A stretch of DNA of 64,000 bases from an uncultured delta proteobacterium. GTDB lineage: Bacteria; Desulfobacterota; Desulfomonilia; Desulfomonilales; Desulfomonilaceae. Shown here one piece after another: positions 44,977-55,002 of this stretch (positions are counted from its first letter, which is position 1; each line of letters starts with the position of its first letter). The stretch spans positions 2,527,716 to 2,591,715 of the forward strand of contig CAWBKB010000001.1 in the NCBI GenBank assembly GCA_963789265.1. The letters are read 5' to 3'. Below the pieces are notes generated by a model. That model worked only from the letters and a program-made list of their open reading frames with translations, was not told where the DNA came from and did no database searches. The translations under genes and the position numbers were made by a program.

Positions 44977-45839
44977 TACAACAGACCTTTGTCCTTCAGG
45001 AATTGAATCATGCTGCGTGCAAGGTCGCCAGGTTCGGCTTCCAGCAGAGCCCCATCCTTTTTTGCCTCGTCCCGGGAGAGTAGAAGCCTGATGCGCTCCA
45101 CCGCGGGAAGTTCGCTGTCGGGAACGGGAATCCATTTCGGCCGCGGCTTGGGCTCTGTCACCCGACCTAGTCTCACCGCCGGGATGAGGTCGGCGCTTTC
45201 AAGAGACAGATCTTCGCCGTTCCAAGTAATAATCTCTTTATCGGCCGCTTTCAGCATGTCCCGATGGCTCGGATAGCGGGGCTCGCACAAGGTCCTTTCC
45301 ACGCCGACAACAGCAGGCAATGCGCATTCCAGTTCCTGTAACCGACCTCTGCCTAAACTACGCCGGACAAGCATTGTTTTTGAATTTGAGGACAGGTTCA
45401 ATCGCACAGTGGATGACAGATAGGGGTAATCAAGGTTGGAGGCCAAATAGCACCCCACTTGTCCTTGGGCCAGATCGAGAGAACGGGCCCCGCATAAGAC
45501 CAAATCAGCCGAAATTTTCCGAACGGCTTTGCTTAACACTAGAGCTGTCGTTCGGGCGTCTATAACACTCCATTCGGAATCATAAAGGTGAACCAGTTTG
45601 TCTCCGCCAATGGCCAGGGCCCGTCGAGCTTCTTTGTCGAAGAATTCCGGACCGGCCGACAGGATCCACACTTCGCCTCCTACGGCGTCTTTCAACTGTA
45701 CGGCTCTTTCAAGGGCCACCTCGTCCAGCGGGTTATTCAGGCGAACAATGTCATGGGCGGCAACAAAGTTTTTGTCAGGACAGAGTCCACTCCTGGCATA
45801 AACAAAGCTGATCTGCTTCAAACAAACTGCGATCCTCAT
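44976..45839 (-). CDS. etfB: Electron transfer flavoprotein beta subunit (mycofactocin-associated)
   Basis: IAVCLKQ, NPLDEVALE.A, ALAIG.D, DLVLCG.RS.D, LPAVV, PRYP. Confidence 0.9.
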   Translation of the reverse strand: MRIAVCLKQISFVYARSGLCPDKNFVAAHDIVRLNNPLDEVALERAVQLKDAVGGEVWILSAGPEFFDKEARRALAIGGDKLVHLYDSEWSVIDARTTALVLSKAVRKISADLVLCGARSLDLAQGQVGCYLASNLDYPYLSSTVRLNLSSNSKTMLVRRSLGRGRLQELECALPAVVGVERTLCEPRYPSHRDMLKAADKEIITWNGEDLSLESADLIPAVRLGRVTEPKPRPKWIPVPDSELPAVERIRLLLSRDEAKKDGALLEAEPGDLARSMIQFLKDKGLL

Positions 45840-45959
45840 AGGAATGATCTCAACGCCTCCCGCACGAATTTGATTCCAAACAATGAATCGTCCCTTTACT
45901 CCAGCATGGGAGCGCCTTAGACGTCAGATTTCTGATACTCACTCGGAAAGCTACAGGGA

Positions 45960-46125
45960 TTCTCGAAAGTAATCACAAGAATGAATGATTTGATGGTGAC
46001 GGGAATTTTGCTTGGTGGGGATGGGCATCTTGCCCGTCCTTCCCAATAGACAGGCTAGAAGCCTGTCCCACCAATCTAAATCTGGTGCCGAGATGCATCA
46101 TGCACAATGACAACTTTTTCGAGAA
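45960..46125. repeat. Miniature inverted-repeat element with REP doublet inside the mft operon
   Basis: Ends TTCTCGAAA / TTTCGAGAA; internal TTGGTGGGGATGGGCATCTTGCCCGTC...GACAGGCTAGAAGCCTGTCCCACCAA, related to the hairpins at 9243-9350. Confidence 0.65.
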
Positions 46126-46138
46126 CCTCCTTGCACGA

Positions 46139-48709
46139 TCAACGGGTGACCATCTCCACAATCTCGATCACGTCTAAAACCGTTTGCGGTCCAGGACTCA
46201 CCTCGCCTAGGCCATCCTCTATCATTGCCACACAATAAGGACAGGACGTGCTGACCACCTCCGCGGCAGTTTCAGCGCATTGTTTCGCCCTGAGCACGTT
46301 GATTCTACTACCAGTTTCATGAAGCCACATTCGGCCGCCACCTGCTCCGCAGCAAAAAGTGCTGTCCGCTGTGTTGGGCATTTCTTTCAGCCGAGAGTCG
46401 CATACAAGCCCGAGTATTGCCCTTGGGAAATCCGCGAGCCTGTTGACGCGGGAAAGGTAGCACGGATCGTGATATGTCAACTGCTTGCTGAACTGCCTTT
46501 TGGGCCTCAAGAGACCGTTTTGCAGGAGCGATGCAGTCCATTCAACAGCGTGGATTACCCTGAAGTCAGCCCCGAAATCGGGATATTCGTGAGCAAGAGT
46601 GTTGAAGCAATGAGGGCACAGAGTGACAATCCTCTTGACTCCTTGAACTTTGAAGCGCTCCATGTTTCTCTGAACCAATTCCTGAAAAAGAGCTTCCTGC
46701 CCGAGTCGCCGAACGGGGTCGCCACAGCAATTTTCTTGTTCGCCGAGAATCTCCATCCGTTGTCCGGCCCTATTTGCAAGCGCGATGAAAGCCTTTGCCA
46801 CCTCGCGAGCCCGAGGATGAAAAGAAGCCTGACAACCCACCCAGAAAAGAAAATCCTCTTTATCGCCGCCCTCCACAAAATTCTTTTCTAGGCTTTTTGC
46901 CCATATTGTCCTTGAAGCACGACCATATCCAAAAGGATCGCCGTAAACGTCGATGTTTCTCAGGAGTTTTATCGCTTCGGGCGGGACTTTGCCCTGTTCC
47001 AGCACCAATCCGCGGCGTAAATTCATCAGCTTGTTCACATGTTCTACCCCCACGGGGCAAGAACTCTCACACGCGTGACAGCTTGTACACGCCCATATTT
47101 CCTCTTCGGAGATATATTGTGACACAAGCTCCTGACTTCGCGATGTGCTGCCTTTTCGCCTCGTCTCCAGCGCACAGTTACCGATCTCTTGAATTATCTT
47201 CATGGGGTTCAGGGGCTTTTGAGAAGCGTACGCCGGGCAAGAGTCGCGGCATTGGCCGCAACTAACACATGCCTCCGTGTCCAGGAGGTCTTTCCAGGTC
47301 AGATCGTTTGCGGTCGTTATGCCCAGCGGCTGCTCCGAATTCGTACAGCATGGTACCAGTTTCCCGGCAGGTCCCAGCCTGTGAAAAAACAAGTTGAGCG
47401 GCGCAGTAAAAATGTGGCGCAGCGGACTGAACGGCATAGCGGCTAACAGGGCAAAAACCAGGCCGAAGTGAACATACCAGGCTATGGCGATCGCCGCTGG
47501 GGACGGGGGCAAGACGGCAGCCAGTGCCCAACCGACCGGATGGCGCCAGATATCTGATTCCGGAGCGATGGAGATTCGGAATCCTTCGGTCAGGAAGCCC
47601 GTGAGCACTATGAGAACCAGTATGACGAGCACCGTCAATCCAGCAAGTCCTGTTGAAGGAGATGCGTCTAAAGGCTGAAACCGTCTCCGTAGGGCATAGA
47701 CAACCCCGCCCAGCAGAGCGAGCCCGACAATCTCCAGGAACAGAGATGCAAACCCGGCGGCAAGTGCGGGAACAGGAGGATCGAATTGCAGAGCCAGTAC
47801 GATCAAGCCCGGTATCAGTACACCCAAGAATATAAAATAATGACTGAATCCAACGCTAGGACGGCGAAAGACCCTTCGCTGGCCTATGGTGGCCCACCAC
47901 AGAGCAACGAGTCTCCGCCCGGGTTTGTCCCACCGTCTGAGGGATCTGCCTGACATCCAGAAAAGGAGGCGATTCACCCACCCCCAAAAAAATACCACGA
48001 TACAGCATCCCAGAAACAGCGGGTATGCCAACGTCCAAATCGTTGCGGAATCGGATGCAGTCTGCCATCTGGTGGGGTGCGGGGCCCCTATGAGAAAGCG
48101 GGAGCCTGGGCTGGAATTGTGACATTTCGTACATAAAACCCCGGCTGGCGGACTCGATTCTCGATGAGCGACGTGCTTGAAGTGACAGGAAAGGCACTGA
48201 TATCTCGAATACGGTCTGCTGGCGTCTGCCTTTCCGTGGGCTGTGATGCGAAAAACCCACAGAGACTTCAACAAGGACCCGGCGCCTATCTGTTCCGGGT
48301 GGCAGCGGCCGCACGTTGCAGCGATCCGCTTAGGATTGAGCGTCGAGAGGGGGTTTTCCGGAGGGAGCACGTTGTGCCCGCCGTGACAGACTGCACATGA
48401 AACCGGTTGGCCCATTCTCCTCGGGTGAGAGCTGACCTCGGAATGGCAGTCACCACAGACGGCGGCCGAAACGGCTTGGCTCTTCTGATGCGCCTGAGTG
48501 GCCGCAGTCGGATGACACGACAAGCAAGAAACATTTCGGCCATGAACCGAGGACCGGAGGGTGTCGATGTTAATTTCAAACTTACTCTTGCCGCTCCCGG
48601 CCAGATGACACGCGAGGCATTCTTGATCGTTTCTGGCGGCATAGGACACCAGGCAACAGAACTCTACGGCCATCACGACACACGCCAAGCACAAGCATCT
48701 CCAGTTCAT
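46139..48709 (-). CDS. Fusion: heptaheme cytochrome c + NarI-like cytochrome b membrane domain + 2x[4Fe-4S] + two CCG domains (FadF/HdrD/EMO-like)
   Basis: Signal-like N-terminus; CLACH, CLSCH, CGDCH, CAVCH, CGRCH, CLSCH, CTKCH; about 6 TM helices with His; CVSCGQCRDSCP, CTSCHACESSCP; NCCG..CPHC, HDPC..FCCGAGGG..CPYC. Confidence 0.88.
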   Translation of the reverse strand: MNWRCLCLACVVMAVEFCCLVSYAARNDQECLACHLAGSGKSKFEINIDTLRSSVHGRNVSCLSCHPTAATQAHQKSQAVSAAVCGDCHSEVSSHPRRMGQPVSCAVCHGGHNVLPPENPLSTLNPKRIAATCGRCHPEQIGAGSLLKSLWVFRITAHGKADASRPYSRYQCLSCHFKHVAHRESSPPAGVLCTKCHNSSPGSRFLIGAPHPTRWQTASDSATIWTLAYPLFLGCCIVVFFWGWVNRLLFWMSGRSLRRWDKPGRRLVALWWATIGQRRVFRRPSVGFSHYFIFLGVLIPGLIVLALQFDPPVPALAAGFASLFLEIVGLALLGGVVYALRRRFQPLDASPSTGLAGLTVLVILVLIVLTGFLTEGFRISIAPESDIWRHPVGWALAAVLPPSPAAIAIAWYVHFGLVFALLAAMPFSPLRHIFTAPLNLFFHRLGPAGKLVPCCTNSEQPLGITTANDLTWKDLLDTEACVSCGQCRDSCPAYASQKPLNPMKIIQEIGNCALETRRKGSTSRSQELVSQYISEEEIWACTSCHACESSCPVGVEHVNKLMNLRRGLVLEQGKVPPEAIKLLRNIDVYGDPFGYGRASRTIWAKSLEKNFVEGGDKEDFLFWVGCQASFHPRAREVAKAFIALANRAGQRMEILGEQENCCGDPVRRLGQEALFQELVQRNMERFKVQGVKRIVTLCPHCFNTLAHEYPDFGADFRVIHAVEWTASLLQNGLLRPKRQFSKQLTYHDPCYLSRVNRLADFPRAILGLVCDSRLKEMPNTADSTFCCGAGGGRMWLHETGSRINVLRAKQCAETAAEVVSTSCPYCVAMIEDGLGEVSPGPQTVLDVIEIVEMVTR

Positions 48710-49755
48710 GAGCCTTGCCTCTCAAATTCTTGGGCGTCGTGCTTGTCCTGTTCGAGCAGCCTTAGCAGTTGAACTAGAACATCTCTTCCGTATCCGACCA
48801 GGCCCAAATCGGAAAACCGGAATATCCTAGCCTGAGGATCTTTGTTTATTGCCACTATAGTCTGCGCTTCTTCTATCCCGGTTGTGAACTCGTTTGCTCC
48901 GGAAATTCCCCATGCGAATAGAAGTCTAGGGGAAACCGTTGTGCCGGTCTGTCCGATTTGTCGCTCAAACGGTAACAGACCCGAGTCCACCACCGGTCTG
49001 GTCCCTGCCATAACGCCGCGAAAGATGTTTCTTAGTTCGTGCAGTTGTGGCAAGTCCTCGGGGGCCATTCCCCGCCCGAATGCAATGACTGTTTCCGCCT
49101 CCCCAAGAGTCACAGCTTCGGGATCTTCCTGAATGACTCGCAGCAATTTCACTCGATCCGATTTCGGAGCAGATAAGGGATCAATCTGAACCAACTGTGC
49201 GCTTCGATCGGGCTCCGGTCGAAAGCGGCTTAGAGCCTCGGGGTCCCAGCATAGCACCGAGACGCCTAGGCCGGACAGAAATACGTGCTGGTGCAGTCTG
49301 CCTCCTTGAATTGACTGCACGGCCCGGATGCCGGCTGTCGGATCCCATTGAGCGTCGGTGCAGTTCGAGACCAGAGGCGAATCGAGCTCTACAGCTACAC
49401 GAGGAGAGAGATCGGCTGCCCATCCACTTCCTGCGAATGCGACCACCGCGACATTGACTTGCCGCGCCAGTCCGGCCACGGTTTCTGCCACACATTCAGG
49501 CAGGCTGGAGCTTGGGTCAGAGGGGCAACGATAAACAACGCTTGCACCGAATTGCCCCAAAACCGAAGCGGCATTGTTCTCGGGGCCAAATATCAGGGCC
49601 TTCACCCCGTCCGCAGCGTGCGGAAATAACGGGTAATTTCGAGAGTGCGCCACTAATGCCACCGAGGCAGGGGTTACCTGTCCCGCTTGGGTCTCGCACA
49701 CGACAAGAACGCCTTTGGCTTCCGGCGACGTAGCCTCCGGCATGTTCTCAGCCAT
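48706..49755 (-). CDS. etfA: Electron transfer flavoprotein alpha subunit
   Basis: FGRGM, GTRPVVD.G, QIGQTG..VSP, GISGA, IVAINKDP.A.IF. Confidence 0.9.
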   Translation of the reverse strand: MAENMPEATSPEAKGVLVVCETQAGQVTPASVALVAHSRNYPLFPHAADGVKALIFGPENNAASVLGQFGASVVYRCPSDPSSSLPECVAETVAGLARQVNVAVVAFAGSGWAADLSPRVAVELDSPLVSNCTDAQWDPTAGIRAVQSIQGGRLHQHVFLSGLGVSVLCWDPEALSRFRPEPDRSAQLVQIDPLSAPKSDRVKLLRVIQEDPEAVTLGEAETVIAFGRGMAPEDLPQLHELRNIFRGVMAGTRPVVDSGLLPFERQIGQTGTTVSPRLLFAWGISGANEFTTGIEEAQTIVAINKDPQARIFRFSDLGLVGYGRDVLVQLLRLLEQDKHDAQEFERQGS

Positions 49756-51716
49756 TATATTATTCTTCCGATCATCCGGCCTTCCAATATGGCTGAATCA
49801 AGCTTGCGGGGCGCAACGCAGTCCCCGATTCTGTACAACTCGTTCACTTTCCCTTTAAGTGAAAAGTACAAGTGGTCCACTGATTGATTTCTCGCTGCAA
49901 ACACAATGTTGTCGTGATCAGCAAACTCCAGAAATTCGCCTGAATAAACTTGCACACATTTGATGACCGTTCCCTGTATTTCCAGGACAGCCACATCATT
50001 GGTGAATGTCACGTTCTTGAGTGCCAGGCGCCGCCGAGACAAGTGGAAATCCTGCAGAGGGCCGAGGTTGCTCCCGATAGAGAGGGACGGCGTGAGAATG
50101 TGAACTTTCTTTCCTCTATCGGCCAGGAATTCAGCGGTAGCGTTACAACCGTGATGCCCGTCCATGTCCACGATGACCACCCGTTCACCCAAATTCACCT
50201 CTTCATTGAGCACCTGCCATAGGTTTACCGCCGTGGGCGGCCCGTATTCGCCGGGAAAGGGCTTCTCTGGGGGGGTCGAACCGGCGGCAACTACAACCGC
50301 GTCGGGATTTTGATCCAGCACCATTTGATCGGTTGCAGCAGTCAGAAGCCGCAACTCGATGTTGGCAAGCTTCGAAACCTGGCCAATCAGCCATCGGCTG
50401 ACGCCTTCTATTTCCGACCGGCCCGTTGCCTTGCTTGCTATCAGGATTTGGCCCCCCGGTTTTGCACCCTTTTCGAAAAGGATCACCGAGTGGCCTCGTA
50501 AGGCCAACACTCGTGCCGCTTCCAGACCGGCAGGACCAGCCCCTACGACCACAACTTTTTTGGCGCGATCCGCGGGCGAGAGGGTATCCGATCCGAGCTC
50601 TCCTTCTCGTCCCACTGCGGGGTTCTGAATGCAGCTCAAACCGTGCCCAAGCCCCATGCGACCGATGCACCCCTGATTGTCGGCTACGCAATGTCTTATG
50701 TCACCCGTACGGCCTTCTCTGGCCTTGTTGGGCAAATCGGGATCGCAAATCAAAGCTCTTACCATCCCGATCATATCTGCATGACCGTCCGCGAGTATTC
50801 GTTCAGCCAGATGAGGATCGTTGATGCGATTCGTGGCAAAAACCGGGAGCGTAACGCCGCTCTTTATGGTGGAGGCCAAAGGAACCGTGTAAGCTAAAGG
50901 TGTGTGCATGGAACCTTCTACGAGGTAGAGATTGTAAAAAGTCGCAATGCTCAGATCCACGAAGTCTATGAGGCCGGTGGCTTCCAGCCTTCTGGCTATC
51001 TCCGCCGCGTCCTTGACGGTGAGCCCGCCGCGCGGATGCATTTCATCGGCATTCAGCCGCACTCCCACGGTGAAATCGCTCCCTGTTGCTCTTCTAACTG
51101 CCTCAATCACCTCGCGACAGAAACGAAATCTGCCGTCGAGATTGCCGCCGTATTCGTCCTCTCTGCGATTGGTGAGTGGTGAGAGAAACTGCCTGATCAG
51201 CGAGCTATGCCCAATCTGAATCTCGATTCCGTCAAATCCCCCTTCGCGACAATGCTTAGCGGCTCCAGCGAAAGAGCGTACGCACTCCTCGATCTCTTCC
51301 AGTTCCATCTCTTTGCACCACTCACGAAATATGGGATCGAATGTCTGTGAAGGTCCCCATACTGCCTTCCGAGTGAAGCTCCCATCCCCCTGAGAGCCGT
51401 TATGGTTGAGCTGGGCAAAAATCTTGGTTTCGTACCGGTGGATAGTTTGTGTAAGCCGTTTAAAGCCGGGAATTACATCAGGGGCAAAAGCGAAAACCAA
51501 TTCTTCGTAAGGATGGTCCGAGGGGTGAACCGAAAGCTCCTCGGTTACAATGAGACCGGCCCCGCCTCTGGCCCTCTCGCGATAATAGTAGACGTGCTTT
51601 TCGCTTATTTTGTTGTTCTCTCCAAAGTTAGTCAGATGAGCGGAAAAGCTGATTCTGTTTGCGACCACCACAGAGCCCAGTCTGAGAGGCGAGAACAAGA
51701 GCTTGAATTCAGCCAT
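49755..51716 (-). CDS. FadH/OYE-family flavin-FeS oxidoreductase 2 (mycofactocin system)
   Basis: NRISFSAHLTNF, GGAGLIVTEELSVHPSDHPYE, SLIRQFLSPLTNRR.D.YGG, RALICDP, VGAGPAGLEAA. Confidence 0.9.
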   Translation of the reverse strand: MAEFKLLFSPLRLGSVVVANRISFSAHLTNFGENNKISEKHVYYYRERARGGAGLIVTEELSVHPSDHPYEELVFAFAPDVIPGFKRLTQTIHRYETKIFAQLNHNGSQGDGSFTRKAVWGPSQTFDPIFREWCKEMELEEIEECVRSFAGAAKHCREGGFDGIEIQIGHSSLIRQFLSPLTNRREDEYGGNLDGRFRFCREVIEAVRRATGSDFTVGVRLNADEMHPRGGLTVKDAAEIARRLEATGLIDFVDLSIATFYNLYLVEGSMHTPLAYTVPLASTIKSGVTLPVFATNRINDPHLAERILADGHADMIGMVRALICDPDLPNKAREGRTGDIRHCVADNQGCIGRMGLGHGLSCIQNPAVGREGELGSDTLSPADRAKKVVVVGAGPAGLEAARVLALRGHSVILFEKGAKPGGQILIASKATGRSEIEGVSRWLIGQVSKLANIELRLLTAATDQMVLDQNPDAVVVAAGSTPPEKPFPGEYGPPTAVNLWQVLNEEVNLGERVVIVDMDGHHGCNATAEFLADRGKKVHILTPSLSIGSNLGPLQDFHLSRRRLALKNVTFTNDVAVLEIQGTVIKCVQVYSGEFLEFADHDNIVFAARNQSVDHLYFSLKGKVNELYRIGDCVAPRKLDSAILEGRMIGRII

Positions 51717-51742
51717 CTAATGGTCTCCGTGGTTTGGCTGTT

Positions 51743-53695
51743 TCAGATAGCACGTGCAATCGTGTAGCCATCCATAATGGCTGTGTCGATTTTTCGAGGT
51801 GCAACGCAGTCACCGACTTTATAGAGGGCCGGTACTCTGCCTTTCAGTTCTCGGTAGAGCCTGTCTTCGCACACATTGCCGAGAGCCAAGACGATGGTGT
51901 CATAATCTGCTGTTTCAGAAATCTGTTCCGTGAACTTGTCTGCCACTACGGCGCGAGTACCCCGAATCTCCAGGACCACTGTATCAGGGATAAACCGGAC
52001 GCCCTTCTTGAGCAATCTTTGTCGGATCAAGAACAGGTCACCGATCGGAGCCAGATCCATGCCCACGAAAGGTTCGCCGGTCATGATGTCCACATTTCTA
52101 TTCCTGTCTGCCAGGAACTCCGCGGTGGAAAGAGCTCTGTAATGCCCGTCTTCATCCACGAGAAGAACTTTTTGGCCGATCTGATAGGTGCCTTTGAGCA
52201 CATCCCACACATTCAAAACCGTTGGTGGGCCGTATTTTCCTCTGACAGGGCGCGGATCAGGATACGATCCGGTCGCCACAATAACCACGTCAGGAGACAA
52301 GTCTATTACCGTAGCTGCGTCGAGAGGAGATCGAGTCAAAACAGTGACCCGCCATTTCTCCAGTTGTCTGGTCAGATTCTCGATTACGCCCCAGATTTCA
52401 CTTCGGCCCGGACCTATCCTTGCCAGTCGCAGTTGGCCACCGGGCTCATTTTCGCTCTCGTATACGGTAACATGATGCCCTCGTTTGGCTGCTGTAAGGG
52501 CCGACTCGAGGCCCGCGGGCCCGGCGCCGACGACAATGACCCGTTTGCTCGAAGTTCCAGTAGAGCTGTGCTCGCCGAGACCGAAAGTCTCTCTTCCTGC
52601 TCGCGGATTCAGAATGCAGGAGATCGGTTTGATTTGGGCGACCTTGCCCACACAGTTCTGATTGTCCGAGACGCAGTAAACGATCTCGTCAATTTTGCCT
52701 TCATACAATTTCCGCGGAAGCCAAGGATCGCAGATCAAGGGTCTGACCCAACCTACAAGATCCGCCTTGCCCTGCTTCAGCGCTTCCTCAACCCGCTCCG
52801 GAATGGGCATCCTGTTTCCGGCGAAAACAGGCACGGAAACAGCCTGCTTCAGCGTGGACACCATGTCCAAAGTCAGGGCCATAGGGTGGTGCATGGATGC
52901 CCTGGCCTGATGGAAGTTGTAATAGGTTCCGACAGTCGTGTTGAAAAAATCAACCAAGCCGAGAGATTCCAATTCCCGGGCAGCATTGAGAGAGTCCTCG
53001 AGCGTCAGCGCATTCCAGAACATTTCGTCCAGACAAAGCCTGATTCCCACGGGAAAGCCCGTTCCTACCGCTTGTTTCACACCCTGGAGCACTTCCTCAG
53101 TGAGCTTCATTCTTCCCTGGAAATTGACGCCGTAGCGGTCTTGCCGGTGATTGGTGAGCGGCGAGAGAAACTGCCGCAGGAGACTATCTTCGCCGACGTC
53201 TATCTCTAACCCGTCAAATCCTGCCTGTTCGAGGGAGGTTGCTGCTCGTGAAAATGACGCAACGAGCTCCTCGAAATCGCTGTTTTCCATGGCTTTGCAC
53301 ATCTCGCCATGGGCTATGTCGGCCGTAGGCTCCGGCCCCCAGATAGGCATCCTGCTTATTACGCCTTGACTTTGAAACCCGCGGTGAGTGAGCTGTGCGA
53401 AGACCAGTGAATTCTGCTCATGAATCCGCTCTGCCAGCTTTTCGAGCCGCGGTGTCTCACTACCTCGATGCAGGTGAATCATTTTCTCGTAAGGTCGATC
53501 GTTCGGGTGGATGCTGAATTCACCGACGATTACGAGGCCGCAACCGCCTTTGGCCCTTTCAGCATAATAGGCGATCAGCGCATCGCTAATTGTTCCTTTT
53601 CCTGCGAGATTGGTTCGATGGGCGCAAAAGGCAACCCGGTTGCGGACGCGAGCACGTCCAAGATTCAAAGGCGACAACAGCGTCTCAAACCGCAT
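51743..53695 (-). CDS. FadH/OYE-family flavin-FeS oxidoreductase 1 (mycofactocin system)
   Basis: NRVAFCAHRTNL, SIHPNDRPYE, SLLRQFLSPLTN.R.D.YG, RPLICDP, VGAGPAGLESA; paralog of the neighbour. Confidence 0.9.
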   Translation of the reverse strand: MRFETLLSPLNLGRARVRNRVAFCAHRTNLAGKGTISDALIAYYAERAKGGCGLVIVGEFSIHPNDRPYEKMIHLHRGSETPRLEKLAERIHEQNSLVFAQLTHRGFQSQGVISRMPIWGPEPTADIAHGEMCKAMENSDFEELVASFSRAATSLEQAGFDGLEIDVGEDSLLRQFLSPLTNHRQDRYGVNFQGRMKLTEEVLQGVKQAVGTGFPVGIRLCLDEMFWNALTLEDSLNAARELESLGLVDFFNTTVGTYYNFHQARASMHHPMALTLDMVSTLKQAVSVPVFAGNRMPIPERVEEALKQGKADLVGWVRPLICDPWLPRKLYEGKIDEIVYCVSDNQNCVGKVAQIKPISCILNPRAGRETFGLGEHSSTGTSSKRVIVVGAGPAGLESALTAAKRGHHVTVYESENEPGGQLRLARIGPGRSEIWGVIENLTRQLEKWRVTVLTRSPLDAATVIDLSPDVVIVATGSYPDPRPVRGKYGPPTVLNVWDVLKGTYQIGQKVLLVDEDGHYRALSTAEFLADRNRNVDIMTGEPFVGMDLAPIGDLFLIRQRLLKKGVRFIPDTVVLEIRGTRAVVADKFTEQISETADYDTIVLALGNVCEDRLYRELKGRVPALYKVGDCVAPRKIDTAIMDGYTIARAI

Positions 53696-54725
53696 GCTCT
53701 GCGCCCCGCACATTTTGTGAACTTTGGCATTGCACCAGGCATTCCGGATCGGCCAACCCCAATTCGCCGTGGCCATGGTAAGCCACGGCCGGACAGCCGC
53801 CCCGGCATGTCTCAAACCGGAAGCAGGTCTCGCATGACTTGACGTTCATCCCGCGGAATGTGGCAAAAATGTTCGAACGCAGCCAGATTTCGCGGAACTT
53901 GAGATCGCGTACATTACCGGCGAGGAATTCTGGCTCTTGCAAGAACGCACATGGATAGACGGAACCATCCGGAGAGAGGCAACAGGTCAGCTTTGCGGCT
54001 CCGCAGATATCAAGGCCCATTCTGCGCCTCTTTTCGGATGTCAGGCTGAAGAAAGAGTCGCCGGTCAACACCTGGCAGTGTTGATTCAGCCAGTGAGAAA
54101 AACCCTCGAGCTGATCTGCGTCAGGCGCCATCTCCTCCTGGCAATCTTTGCCTCTGCCGGAGGGACGAAATCTGCTGATTCTCAAGTTCGTACCCATGTC
54201 TCGGGCCATAGCATTGAGCGTGTCTATTTGAGGAAAGCTCCATCTGGTCAGGACAGTGTTTATGCTGAACTTGATCCCCTGCATAGCCAGGTTTTCTACG
54301 GCCTTACGTATCTGCCGGTACGTCCCTCTTCCGCGGATCCGATCGTTTGTGGCCTCGTCCGCCCCATCCAAGCTGACCTGCAAGTAGAGACCTTCTATTT
54401 CTGCGAGCTCCCGGCACGTTTCCTTGTCGAAGAAGGTCCCGTTGGAGCTGACGCATGAAACTATGCCAAGCCGTTCCGCAGCACGAAGGATTTGAAAGAT
54501 GTCGGGCCGTAGAAAAGGTTCGCCGCCTCCAAAATTAATTTGGAAGACCTGGAGTTTCGCAAGTTCACTCAACACATTGAGGGCTTCTTGCGTGGAAAGC
54601 TCATTCCGCAAGGGCTCGCCCGCATTCGACAGACAGTGTCTGCACTTCAGATTGCACCGCAGTGAAACTTCCCACGTCACGTTGACGGGCGCGGAGAGTC
54701 CTTCACGTGCCAGCCTTGCAAGCAT
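53685..54725 (-). CDS. mftC: Mycofactocin radical SAM maturase MftC
   Basis: APVNVTWE, CNLKCRHCLS, FQINFGGGEP, QVSLDGA, SRFRPSGRG, VLTGDSFF, CGA.KL.C...P.G.VYPCAF, C..C.....CRGGCPA. Confidence 0.95.
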   Translation of the reverse strand: MLARLAREGLSAPVNVTWEVSLRCNLKCRHCLSNAGEPLRNELSTQEALNVLSELAKLQVFQINFGGGEPFLRPDIFQILRAAERLGIVSCVSSNGTFFDKETCRELAEIEGLYLQVSLDGADEATNDRIRGRGTYRQIRKAVENLAMQGIKFSINTVLTRWSFPQIDTLNAMARDMGTNLRISRFRPSGRGKDCQEEMAPDADQLEGFSHWLNQHCQVLTGDSFFSLTSEKRRRMGLDICGAAKLTCCLSPDGSVYPCAFLQEPEFLAGNVRDLKFREIWLRSNIFATFRGMNVKSCETCFRFETCRGGCPAVAYHGHGELGLADPECLVQCQSSQNVRGAEHAV

Positions 54726-55002
54726 GCACTACTCCTTTTCTTTCCAAACGTTCCAGCGCCCTTTCCAGAGCCTTGACAATCTCCCGGCTTACGTTTCTTA
54801 TTTTACACCATCGTGCCGGGCTTTGTCTTGATGCAAAGAATTGCGGAGTAAGCAAGTCGCCCGATGATAGGAAATAGAGGCGCGGCCCATTGCGATCGTA
54901 AAAAAGGAGTCCCGAGCGCTCGTTTCTCACCCGCACATTAGGGGCTAGCACATAAGCCGGTGCGGGTCCCTCCAGCGACTCAGTACACACCGCAAATTCC
55001 AT
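54703..55002 (-). CDS. mftB: Mycofactocin RRE chaperone MftB (start uncertain, overlaps mftA end)
   Basis: Y.LAPNVRVRNE..GLLFY....PRLYFL; C-terminal ALERL..KG; lies between mftA and mftC. Confidence 0.85.
   Translation of the reverse strand: MEFAVCTESLEGPAPAYVLAPNVRVRNERSGLLFYDRNGPRLYFLSSGDLLTPQFFASRQSPARWCKIRNVSREIVKALERALERLERKGVVHACKAGT

Noticed and set aside
47050..47095. Eighth CxxCH (CTSCH) in the cytochrome fusion
   Set aside because: Part of the ferredoxin motif CxxCxxCxxxCP in the cytoplasmic domain, not a heme site.
51734..53209. 491-aa plus-strand ORF
   Set aside because: Antisense shadow of the OYE1 gene; no recognisable motifs.
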